Shown piece after piece: positions 36,015-43,472 of a stretch of DNA of 64,000 bases. Origin of the DNA: a virus; the IMG/VR virus record IMGVR_UViG_3300021405_000009, positions 1-64,000 of that record; one strand, written 5' to 3'. Numbering within the stretch: the first letter of the stretch is position 1; each line of letters begins with the position of its first letter. The notes under the pieces are model-generated. The model was not told the origin of the DNA. It worked only from the letters and a program-made list of their open reading frames with translations, and ran no database searches. The translations under genes and the position numbers were made by a program.

Positions 36015-36772
36015 GTAACCGTAGCTCCCGTCGTCGAGGCGACGACAAAAATAGCGTTGGAATTACTTACGGCTGGACAGTAGCCCGCTCCAGGAGGTAT
36101 CTCAATGCCGGTCGAGGTAGTAACTCCACTCGGTCCGACAAACACGCTGATCGTGTTGGTACTCAGTCCTTCAATACACAAACCCTTGGCCAGTAAGTTC
36201 GAGGCCAGGGCCGCCGCCGTGCCAGTTACTGCCTGCTGACCGGAAACAATCGTGGTCGGCACCGTCAGCACTACCACCTGCGGACTGGGAAAGTTACTCA
36301 CCGTGACCGCACCGGCAGCCGCTGAGGCCGGGTTGTTCACGAAGCCGAACAGGAAGACAGTCACCGAGCCTGAGCCGGTAACGGTTGGGGTGATCTTGCC
36401 CTGGGTCGCGAAGACCGCCGAGCCGATCGTGTTCGAACCGGCGCTGGTACAGGTCTGAGAAGTCATCAGACTGCCGGTGGTGTAAGCCGTGCCAGCCGCG
36501 TTCAGTCCATCGACCGTCAGCGTACATCCCGACACCGTGCCTTGCGGTACCCAGATCATCTGGTACCAGCCAATGCCCTTGGTGTTGAAGCTCGCAGTCT
36601 GCACTGAGCTGCTGGTGAAGGTGTAGGCCAGGCCAAGCTGGTAAGGCACCGCCACGGGATAGATGATCTGGCTGGGACCACCTGTCTGCGAGAGCGCCGG
36701 GGGCGCGACCACCAGACTCAGTAGACCGACCATGAAAAGGATTACTAATAGGTTGCGCACGAGCTTCTTCAT
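35999..36772 (-). CDS. Secreted structural-type protein
   Basis: Signal peptide MKKLVRNLLVILFMVGLLSLVVAPPALS; C-terminal NTISVFVG..GIEIPPG jelly-roll module. Confidence 0.65.
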   Translation of the reverse strand: MKKLVRNLLVILFMVGLLSLVVAPPALSQTGGPSQIIYPVAVPYQLGLAYTFTSSSVQTASFNTKGIGWYQMIWVPQGTVSGCTLTVDGLNAAGTAYTTGSLMTSQTCTSAGSNTIGSAVFATQGKITPTVTGSGSVTVFLFGFVNNPASAAAGAVTVSNFPSPQVVVLTVPTTIVSGQQAVTGTAAALASNLLAKGLCIEGLSTNTISVFVGPSGVTTSTGIEIPPGAGYCPAVSNSNAIFVVASTTGATVTWSGN

Positions 36773-37056
36773 TACTCTTCGTCCTCGTCCTTGCGGCCGA
36801 TCCGCCACACATACTCACAACAGCCCTCGGGATCAACCTTGACTTTCCCGTCAGGCAGGCGCGGCTGCTTCGACTTGGCTTTCATATCTTTTTGGTTACA
36901 GGCTCCCGGCTTCGAGAACCACTTACAGTTCTCGCACTCAAACTCGCCGAGATTCTTCGCCGCCTCATAGCCAGTGCCGGGCTCACCGCGAACGGCGGCC
37001 TGGTTGATGCTCACAAGTTTGCTGTGGCCGGAGCCGAGTTCGTCCTTAGCTGGCAT
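36772..37056 (-). CDS. HiPIP-like Cys-rich protein
   Basis: CENCKWF....C....VDPEGCCEYVW matches HiPIP CxxC..C..GWC spacing. Confidence 0.5.
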   Translation of the reverse strand: MPAKDELGSGHSKLVSINQAAVRGEPGTGYEAAKNLGEFECENCKWFSKPGACNQKDMKAKSKQPRLPDGKVKVDPEGCCEYVWRIGRKDEDEE

Positions 37057-37107
37057 AGGTGGGCAAAGTTGCGGGGCGTCCTCGGTCAAGAGAACGCCCC
37101 GCTGGGG

Positions 37108-37743
37108 TTACACGCGATCGATGGAGAACTCGGTCAACTGCACCGCGTTCGGGGAAGTCCCGGCCGAGAAGGTGAAGGTGAGTTCGAAGTTCAAGTCAGC
37201 GAACTTCAGCCCCGAGCCGATCGTGCCGCCAGAGAGCACGGCGTTGATCGTGTAGGCGGGAGTGGTGGTGAAGTTCGTCCACGACGTGGAGCAGAAGCCG
37301 CCCAAGCTGCCAGCGGTCGAGTTGAAGAGCAACTGCCACTCGTACATGAAATCGACGGTCGCCACGTTCGAGCTGGCGATGGTCGCGCAGGTGTGGAGCA
37401 AGGTGCAGCCGGTGCCTACAACGCCCGTCGAGGTCACGCTGCCCGCAGCCCCAATCACGCCCACGGCAACGCCGTTGACTTGGTAAAGGATGGGGATAAT
37501 CGTGGCCGCGCCACCAGTCGTGGTCGCCTTACCGCAGGCGCGGATCTTCAGCGGGTGGACATCAGAGTAGCCGGAAGCGATATCCGGAGTGGGCGAAACC
37601 GTCAGGCCAGCGCCTGCAGGAAGCACAGGAGAGGGAAGGCCGGGATAGCCGGAAGCGGGAACAAGAAACACGTTGGCGGTGGTGCCACCGGCCAACTGGG
37701 CGGGCAGGTTGTAGAAGCCGTAAATGGTGTTGACGTTACTCAT
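37108..37743 (-). CDS. Virion structural protein (divergent member of paralog family A)
   Basis: PLKIRACG, EWQLLFNS, ends TEFSIDRV (compare SEFSITQL, NEFALERL). Confidence 0.5.
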   Translation of the reverse strand: MSNVNTIYGFYNLPAQLAGGTTANVFLVPASGYPGLPSPVLPAGAGLTVSPTPDIASGYSDVHPLKIRACGKATTTGGAATIIPILYQVNGVAVGVIGAAGSVTSTGVVGTGCTLLHTCATIASSNVATVDFMYEWQLLFNSTAGSLGGFCSTSWTNFTTTPAYTINAVLSGGTIGSGLKFADLNFELTFTFSAGTSPNAVQLTEFSIDRV

Positions 37744-37830
37744 GGAAAGTTTCCTTTAGAAAATTGAAGGTGGGGATGGACTGCGGGTGCCGGGAATACG
37801 TTCGCCTAGCGGCGCACTATCAATCCCGTT

Positions 37831-38130
37831 TCATGCGAAAAGCGTCTGGAGGGCCGCCCTGAGTTTGGCGCGGAAAGTGGGTGGAGGCGGAGGCGGCTCA
37901 ACAATCTTAGCGGTGACGCGGTACACTTCGCGGCCTTCGCCGTTGCAATACAAGTCGGTGAAGTAGCGCTCCACTGCAGGGCCTGCCACGGTCTCGGTCG
38001 AGAAGTAGCGCGCGACCATGTACTGGCCGGTGGCCTCGACTGAGAACAACTCCATGTCTTCGCCGTTCCTGGCCTTGGGGGCTGCGAAGTCCGGGTTTGT
38101 GCTCTTGATTCCGACGAGCTGGATGAGCAT
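37831..38130 (-). CDS. Hypothetical protein, first gene of late operon
   Basis: ATG with AAGGA upstream. Confidence 0.55.
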   Translation of the reverse strand: MLIQLVGIKSTNPDFAAPKARNGEDMELFSVEATGQYMVARYFSTETVAGPAVERYFTDLYCNGEGREVYRVTAKIVEPPPPPPTFRAKLRAALQTLFA

Positions 38131-38181
38131 CTTTACTTAAAATCCTTCTGAAGGCCGCGTCTGTACGCTACCGCACAATTT

Positions 38182-38212
38182 CACTTGACACGGCAGAGTA
38201 CAGTCAAAGTTA
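38182..38212 (+). promoter_or_regulatory. CACTTGACA-N8-TACAGT promoter-like element
   Basis: One of three intergenic copies; an A follows 7 nt after the hexamer, at the base of a hairpin. Confidence 0.55.
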
Positions 38213-38312
38213 TCCATGCCGTAGAACCAGCCTGACGGAGTGGATCTGGGCTCCCGCACTCGCTCGGTCATAGAGGTTGGCTCCTCTACAAAAACCCTGG
38301 GGGCGGGAGTCC
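38212..38312 (+). promoter_or_regulatory. Structured leader or sRNA
   Basis: AUCCA/UGGAU hairpin; GGGCUCCCGC/GCGGGAGUCC stem enclosing UAGAGG/CCUCUA; G-U pairs favour the plus strand. Confidence 0.45.
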
Positions 38313-38321
38313 TTAATTTCG

Positions 38322-38471
38322 ATGAAAGAAAAAAGTGAACGCTTAGATGCACTGCGCGAGATGGAGCGGCACGGGGCATCGAAGCTAGCGATCGCGGCCA
38401 TGCGGGCCGAGATGGAACGCGGGCGAAAATCAGGCCGGGCGGTGGTGAAGAAAAAACCGAGGAAACGGTAG
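38322..38471 (+). CDS. Small basic protein
   Basis: MKEKSERLDALREMER...; SD lies within the upstream stem. Confidence 0.45.
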   Translation: MKEKSERLDALREMERHGASKLAIAAMRAEMERGRKSGRAVVKKKPRKR

Positions 38472-38519
38472 GAGCCCCGCGACTATTACGGGAGCTGTTC
38501 TGACTTTCACAGATTTACA

Positions 38520-38614
38520 TCGCGGACAAGGGATGCGGCTGGAATTTGCAGGAGTCGAACCTGCGACGCTTTTTGAGCGTTTCATCAGGATAACCAGCTC
38601 ACTTCGGCCCGCGA
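38520..38614 (-). ncRNA. Y RNA, YrlA-like (tRNA-mimic)
   Basis: Terminal stem UCGCGGGC-C(bulge)-GAAG / CUUGUCCGCGA (Ro60-binding helix; compare GGUCCGA/UUGAC), GCUGG/CCAGC, GUUAUC, ACGCU/AGCGU hairpin, canonical T arm GCAGG-UUCGACU-CCUGC. Confidence 0.75.
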
Positions 38615-38633
38615 ACTTTTTAGGAGGACAGGA

Positions 38634-38882
38634 ATGCCAAACTTGGGAGACAAGGTACGCGATAAGATCACGGGCCACGAGGGTATCGTCATCGCCCGCA
38701 CGGAGTGGCTCTATGGCTGCGTGCGCTATGTCGTTCAGGGCCAGACGCTGCATGAAGGCAAACCCACAGAGCCCCACACTTTCGACGAAGACCAACTCGT
38801 CGTCCTCAAGGCCGATGCTCTCAACGACAGCGAAGAGAAGCCTGCCGGTGGCGATCGCGATTATGTTGCCACGCGGCGCTGA
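38634..38882 (+). CDS. Small SH3-like conserved phage protein
   Basis: LGDKVRDKITGHEGIVIARTEWLYGC..FDE; AGGAGG RBS. Confidence 0.75.
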   Translation: MPNLGDKVRDKITGHEGIVIARTEWLYGCVRYVVQGQTLHEGKPTEPHTFDEDQLVVLKADALNDSEEKPAGGDRDYVATRR

Positions 38883-38986
38883 CGACTTTATGGGCGCTAC
38901 GACTGCATGTTCTTTACATCTAGCAGTGGGGAAGAAATCACCAAAGAACCACTGCGGCGTGGAGGCGGCTAGCGCCCGCCAAAAAG

Positions 38987-39017
38987 CACTTGACACGGGC
39001 TACTAGAATAAAATCCA
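38987..39017 (+). promoter_or_regulatory. CACTTGACA-N8-TAGAAT promoter-like element
   Basis: Second copy; the A after 7 nt is the first base of AGGAGAGG. Confidence 0.55.
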
Positions 39018-39030
39018 GGAGAGGATCACG

Positions 39031-39522
39031 ATGCGACATTTTTACTTACGCGACCGAGATACATTGTTTCCTGTAGCCTGTATCGCCACCGAACGACAAA
39101 CCAACGACACCAAAATTGCTTACGCCCTGTCCGTGTTCCATGAGGGCGATGACATGGACATCCGAATAGCCCGGCGCATCGCGCGCGGAAGACTTGAGGA
39201 ATACATCAAGGGTCGGTACGACCAGAAGAACGAGGGCTGGGCCAAGTTCGGCGTCGTGGTGCTGGAAGATCCAAAGTCCAACGCCAAGGTGAAACTGTTG
39301 GCCACCGTTGCGGCCGATCCCGAAGTCCCGAGCGTGGCACGCAAGGCCGCCAAGGAGTGGCTGAAGAACATGACCGGCACACCTGAGCAACAGGCGGTGC
39401 AGCGCAAGCTCGACAAGGAATGCCGCATCATCAACGGCACGCTCCAGGTGCAAGACTGGTGGCGCGCTAAGGCCGTCGCGCTGCAGATGGAGCTGGACGA
39501 ACTAGTGAAGGCCGTGGCTTAA
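39031..39522 (+). CDS. Hypothetical protein
   Basis: Good RBS, 163 aa. Confidence 0.7.
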   Translation: MRHFYLRDRDTLFPVACIATERQTNDTKIAYALSVFHEGDDMDIRIARRIARGRLEEYIKGRYDQKNEGWAKFGVVVLEDPKSNAKVKLLATVAADPEVPSVARKAAKEWLKNMTGTPEQQAVQRKLDKECRIINGTLQVQDWWRAKAVALQMELDELVKAVA

Positions 39523-39605
39523 CGGGTGTCGTCACTCGTCCGGGGTGGCGGCTCGAAGGGGGTCGCTACGCCCCGAGTGTGGCGGCCTCCGACGAAAGGG
39601 GACCC

Positions 39606-39890
39606 ATGCTGGTCGTCGAAGTCCCGATGTCAAGTTGGCAACTGCTGCCACCGCGACCGGATGTTTGTCAGGAGTGTGCCACGAATCATCCTGCAGAGCA
39701 TCCGCATAACCAGCAGAGTCTGCATTACCGGTACCATTTCTATCTCAGGACTGGGCGCTGGCCAACCTGGACTGACGCGATGCGGCACTGCAGTCTTGAG
39801 ACGAGGAGCGCTTGGACGGCGGAGCTGGAGAAGCTTGGCGTCCAGGTGCGTGAGGTCTACAGAAATTGGGGGAACCCTGAGCGATGCTGA
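39606..39890 (+). CDS. Cys/His-rich conserved phage protein
   Basis: CQECATNH..HPHN..GRWPTWTDAMRHC. Confidence 0.65.
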   Translation: MLVVEVPMSSWQLLPPRPDVCQECATNHPAEHPHNQQSLHYRYHFYLRTGRWPTWTDAMRHCSLETRSAWTAELEKLGVQVREVYRNWGNPERC

Positions 39891-40093
39891 CTGAAATCGA
39901 AGAAGGCGACAAGGTAGTCCGGATGATCGCTGGGACGATCCCGCATCCGCTCACCGTCACCAAAGTGACTGCGCAGGTGATCGAGTGCGGCCCGTGGATG
40001 TTCGATCGCGCCACCGGTGCTGAGATCGATGAGGATCTCGACTGGGGTCCGCCACCGAGAAGGACTGGCAGCTTTATCAAGGAGCAGGAATGA
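39884..40093 (+). CDS. Hypothetical protein
   Basis: Overlapping operon gene. Confidence 0.6.
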   Translation: MLTEIEEGDKVVRMIAGTIPHPLTVTKVTAQVIECGPWMFDRATGAEIDEDLDWGPPPRRTGSFIKEQE

Positions 40094-40539
40094 AATCGAT
40101 GAAGGCCCGCGTGCTCGCTGCCTGCGACTGCTGCGGCGATCTCGACGTGAGGCACCCGATCACCGGCAAGCGCGAACGGCTGGAGAGTCGTAGCCCTAAG
40201 CTCGCCGCCAACCTCATGGCCAGACTGGCTCGACGTGAGCCGGTCGAAATCAGCGTGACGATCGGCGAGACCGTCGAAGAGTGCGTGCAGGCTCACCTGA
40301 ACTTTGTCGGCCAACTGGCCGCTCAGCTAGGGCAGCGCTTCGTGCCGGAGTACTCTGCGGCTAAGGAACTTGCTCAACAGACCGGGCTCGGATATGTCAA
40401 CCTGAACGAAGGCTACGACCAGTGGCTGCTGAAGACGCTGCAGGCCAACCTGGGCGATATCGAGGGCAAGATTGCCGAAGCACTGGAGGCCGGGGTCATG
40501 CCGATCATCCACTGGGATGTGGATGAGGAGACGAACTGA
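40090..40539 (+). CDS. Hypothetical protein
   Basis: ATGA overlap. Confidence 0.6.
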   Translation: MKSMKARVLAACDCCGDLDVRHPITGKRERLESRSPKLAANLMARLARREPVEISVTIGETVEECVQAHLNFVGQLAAQLGQRFVPEYSAAKELAQQTGLGYVNLNEGYDQWLLKTLQANLGDIEGKIAEALEAGVMPIIHWDVDEETN

Positions 40540-40796
40540 TGGCCGCGAGCATCCACGATCTCCGGCAGTGGTTCCTCGACGGCGTCGCCACCGGCGCTAC
40601 CCACGTGATTGTCGTGTGCGATACCTACGACTACTCCGACTATCCCGTCTACGTCTACGTCAACGATGACGTGCGCAAGGTGGCGGGAAAGTATCAGCTC
40701 CGCTCAGGCAATATGCAGAAGGTGATGGAGGTCTACAATCTCAGTATGGACATGGAGCAGCAACTGGCGTCGGAAGAGCTGGTGTTCAATTACTGA
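40539..40796 (+). CDS. Conserved phage hypothetical protein
   Basis: GATHVIVVCDTYDYSDYPVYV..MEVYNL. Confidence 0.7.
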   Translation: MAASIHDLRQWFLDGVATGATHVIVVCDTYDYSDYPVYVYVNDDVRKVAGKYQLRSGNMQKVMEVYNLSMDMEQQLASEELVFNY

Positions 40797-40818
40797 CTAC
40801 CACAAGTGGGCGGAGCGC

Positions 40819-41031
40819 GTGCGAACACTGAACGACGTGTGGGCTTTTGTGCTAGTGACGGCGCTGATCGGGCAATGCGCGGCGCTGATGTTCGGCCGAC
40901 GAACCCTACTCTTTATCGCCTGGGTACCGACCGTGATCCAGACTGTAGGGACGATTTGCTTCCGGGGTTGCCCGCTTAGGAAGCTGGAGAAATGGTTGCG
41001 AAGGCGCGGGAACGGGAGGAGTGATCTATAA
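40819..41031 (+). CDS. Small membrane protein
   Basis: Hydrophobic; GCPL..LEKWLR. Confidence 0.5.
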   Translation: MRTLNDVWAFVLVTALIGQCAALMFGRRTLLFIAWVPTVIQTVGTICFRGCPLRKLEKWLRRRGNGRSDL

Positions 41032-41052
41032 GCGTACCTGTTCGAGTGAGTT

Positions 41053-41226
41053 ATGGATAGCTTCGCCTTCTATCGAGTGACCGGCCCCTTCGTGCAGTTC
41101 GAGGCCCTGCTGGGCGAGATCCAGATCGAGTTGCTCTTTTACAAGCACTACGTCCGAGGACGAATCGTCAACAGGGTGTACCAACCCGCAAACCAGGAAC
41201 GCCGGAGAGTAGCTCATGGAAGTTAA
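41053..41226 (+). CDS. 57-aa hypothetical protein (not in ORF track)
   Basis: MDSFAFYRVTGPFVQFEALLGEIQIELLFYKHYVRG... Confidence 0.45.
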   Translation: MDSFAFYRVTGPFVQFEALLGEIQIELLFYKHYVRGRIVNRVYQPANQERRRVAHGS

Positions 41227-41383
41227 CCGCGCGATCGACAGCATAGCCGACATGAAGCCGCGAGGAGTAATCGCACTCGCGAACGCTGTCGCCTGGACGC
41301 CATGCCAGCACTTCAAGCAGTGTGTTGGCCTCTGCCCAGTCTGCTGGGCGCTCTACCTATTCCGGCCCGAGCCGAGTAAGTGA
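41216..41383 (+). CDS. 55-aa Cys-rich protein (not in ORF track)
   Basis: CQHFKQCVGLCPVC; GGAG RBS. Confidence 0.45.
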   Translation: MEVNRAIDSIADMKPRGVIALANAVAWTPCQHFKQCVGLCPVCWALYLFRPEPSK

Positions 41384-41557
41384 ATGCGGACCCTGAGCCG
41401 TAGCTTTATCGTGATGCACCTGGCCATCTCGCTGGCCTACACCTACATCGTTACCCGCCTCGGATACATGACCCGGCCCTGGGTCCTCTTTATATTCGGC
41501 GCTTACTGGGCAGGCGTTATAGGTCGGTGGATACAAGATCGCAGGTCCGGCCGGTGA
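41384..41557 (+). CDS. 57-aa membrane protein (not in ORF track)
   Basis: Two hydrophobic segments; abuts upstream stop. Confidence 0.45.
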   Translation: MRTLSRSFIVMHLAISLAYTYIVTRLGYMTRPWVLFIFGAYWAGVIGRWIQDRRSGR

Positions 41558-41570
41558 AGGAGAAAGAAGA

Positions 41571-41774
41571 ATGCGGACCCTGGGCCGCTTACAGGAAGCA
41601 CTCCAAGTGCTGAGCACTAACTTCACCCAGAAGGCTGGAGTCTTCCGGCGCAACGACCCGACCTATATTCCGACTCCGCTCGAATCTGACGCCATCGACT
41701 ACCTGTGCTACGAGTGGGACTATGGCTATGAGGGAGGTTTGGTAAGCGAAGAAAAGGGACCCGGTACCTGCTAG
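41571..41774 (+). CDS. Hypothetical protein
   Basis: AAGGAG RBS; AIDYLCYEWDY. Confidence 0.6.
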   Translation: MRTLGRLQEALQVLSTNFTQKAGVFRRNDPTYIPTPLESDAIDYLCYEWDYGYEGGLVSEEKGPGTC

Positions 41775-41780
41775 GTGACT

Positions 41781-42151
41781 CGGGGTACTTGGGGGTAGGC
41801 CAGGGGGTAAGGCCGGGGTATAAGCCTCGACAAAAGCGTAAAGTAGTACTCCGCCAGACGCGAAAAGAACAACACGAGTTCCCACCGAACCCACCACAAA
41901 CGAGCTAAGTGCATGAAAACAAGCGCAATCGGCAAATAGCGGCGAGCCGATTGCTAAGCTTTTGTCTAGGTCAGCGTTGCCGTTGCCGTTCGTTGCCGAC
42001 CTGTGTCAGGATTGACACACTGCCAACATGGTGCAGCATCGGCCGCGCCATGACGGCGAACAAACGGCGAACGAAAAACTGCTAGCGAACGAACGGCGAA
42101 AGCGAAGCAAAAGCGAAACAAACTTTTTTCGCTTTGTTTTCAAGTACTTGC
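41781..42151. repeat. Non-coding repeat cluster (probable genome terminus/packaging region)
   Basis: Four GGGG(G)TA units, imperfect inverted repeat 41904-41925/42130-42151, CGTTGC x3, ACGGCGAA x3 plus further GCGAA units. Confidence 0.5.
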
Positions 42152-42156
42152 CGACT

Positions 42157-42201
42157 ATTTAAAAAATTGTGTTGACAAACTGCGGCAATTCGTGAAATAC
42201 C
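42157..42201 (+). promoter_or_regulatory. Early promoter (UP-like A tract, perfect TTGACA, degenerate -10)
   Basis: ATTTAAAAAATTGTG-TTGACA(42172-42177); -10 only weakly matches. Confidence 0.55.
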
Positions 42202-42213
42202 GATCATGCAAGC

Positions 42214-42255
42214 CGGGGTTGCAAACGCACCCCGAGATAGCGGCTCTTTGACAAC
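42214..42255 (+). promoter_or_regulatory. rrn-like boxB hairpin plus boxA antitermination site
   Basis: Hairpin CGGGG(U)UGC-AAAC-GCACCCCG, then GCTCTTTGACAAC, one mismatch to rrn boxA GCTCTTTAACAA. Confidence 0.65.
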
Positions 42256-42263
42256 CCAACAGT

Positions 42264-42690
42264 CCGACAGTTCGGCGTCGGCGCTTAGTTCAGCCCAGCC
42301 CAGATGTGGCACGGCGTGAGCGGAGGGATAGCTTCTAAGCGCGGGCAACGGTGATTCTGTCGGCACGATTACTGGGATACTCCGCGTCGTGAGACGTGAG
42401 CGAGTCCTGACACGGTAATCGTCTGACCCATGGCTCTGAGAAACCTAGCGCATGTGGTCAGTCTAAGCCGGGACCATGGTCAGCGTTCAGCCTAGCGAGG
42501 CAATGCGAGCACGGACACAGCAACGAATAGCTAGAGCGCAGCATGTTATGCCACCATGGCACAGCGAAACCCAATGCTAACTCTTGTGGGGCACGACTAA
42601 TCACCGTGCCCTACTCTTTGAGCGCCTAGGTAGCTAGGCGTTGAAAGAGTAACCAAATAGGCTTGCGGATAGCCCTAAGCCGCAGATAGG
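42264..42690 (+). ncRNA. Large structured leader/ncRNA
   Basis: About eight stem domains, mostly abutting, with G-U pairs and GNRA loops; no plus-strand ORF in the track. Confidence 0.55.
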
Positions 42691-42698
42691 AATACACC

Positions 42699-43037
42699 AT
42701 GAAAAACCCGAACAACAACGTCGTCACGTCCGCTGTCCCCACACCCGAGGAATACGCCGCTCTGTTGGCCAAGGTCACCGAACTCCAGTCCAAGGTGGAC
42801 CGGAAGAAACGGCAGGACTCTGGCTCAGTCACCCACAACGGATTAAAGCAAGTCGTGTCCGAGAAGGGCGGGGTCAGCGTGTATGGATTAGGGCGCTTCC
42901 CGGTCACGCTATACGCTGAACAGATGCTCAGACTGTTGGATGCTGGCGCGGACATCCGCACGTTCATCGCCGAGAACATGGCCAGCCTGAAGTTCAAGCC
43001 CGCGAAGGATGAGCAAGCTGAAGCGGCTGCCGCCTAA
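42699..43037 (+). CDS. Conserved hypothetical protein (SEKGGVSVYGLGRFPVTLY family)
   Basis: Recognisable motif after an N-terminal coiled coil. Confidence 0.75.
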   Translation: MKNPNNNVVTSAVPTPEEYAALLAKVTELQSKVDRKKRQDSGSVTHNGLKQVVSEKGGVSVYGLGRFPVTLYAEQMLRLLDAGADIRTFIAENMASLKFKPAKDEQAEAAAA

Positions 43038-43116
43038 TCGTTGCCGAGGTCACTAGCAAGCCCATGAGCGTAAGGCTGGTGGGCTTGCCTAGCCATCTAG
43101 GCTATGGAGGACTGGT

Positions 43117-43365
43117 ATGTCCAGAGCATTCGATCTATCGCAGGTAGTCCAGTTCGTGCCCACGTCTAATCTTTGCGGCGTGGACGCGATTGTTTGTCAC
43201 CCAGACGATACCATGCGCGTTGCCACTGAGAGCATGTGCGTTAGCTTTGGCGGGAAGGAGAAGGTCGAGTTCATCCTTGCCGCCCTAGAGTACTACCGCA
43301 AGCACGTCATGATCCATGCTGAACCGGGGCAGGTGGGCGGATGGTTGCAGTTGCCAAAGCATTAA
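43117..43365 (+). CDS. Early hypothetical protein
   Basis: GGAGG RBS. Confidence 0.6.
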   Translation: MSRAFDLSQVVQFVPTSNLCGVDAIVCHPDDTMRVATESMCVSFGGKEKVEFILAALEYYRKHVMIHAEPGQVGGWLQLPKH

Positions 43366-43472
43366 AGCGCATGGCCAACTAGGCTCCGGCCTAGCAATGG
43401 GCTCACCCGAGTCTGTTGCTAGTCCGGATCACGGGCTAATCCGCCGCAGGGCGTTAACCTGGGAGTAGAGTT

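Noticed and set aside
38555-38592. Hammerhead ribozyme (CUGAUGA followed by a stem, minus strand)
   Set aside because: The required GAAA after stem II is absent (GCAG instead)
38520-38614. tRNA or tRNA-Sec call for the T-arm-containing RNA
   Set aside because: No acceptor stem directly after the T arm, no D arm or long variable arm, no CCA; the bulged-C terminal helix fits a Y RNA better
42384-42397. rRNA fragment (CGTCGTGAGAC as in 23S H93)
   Set aside because: Only a short GNRA hairpin match; flanks are not rRNA-like
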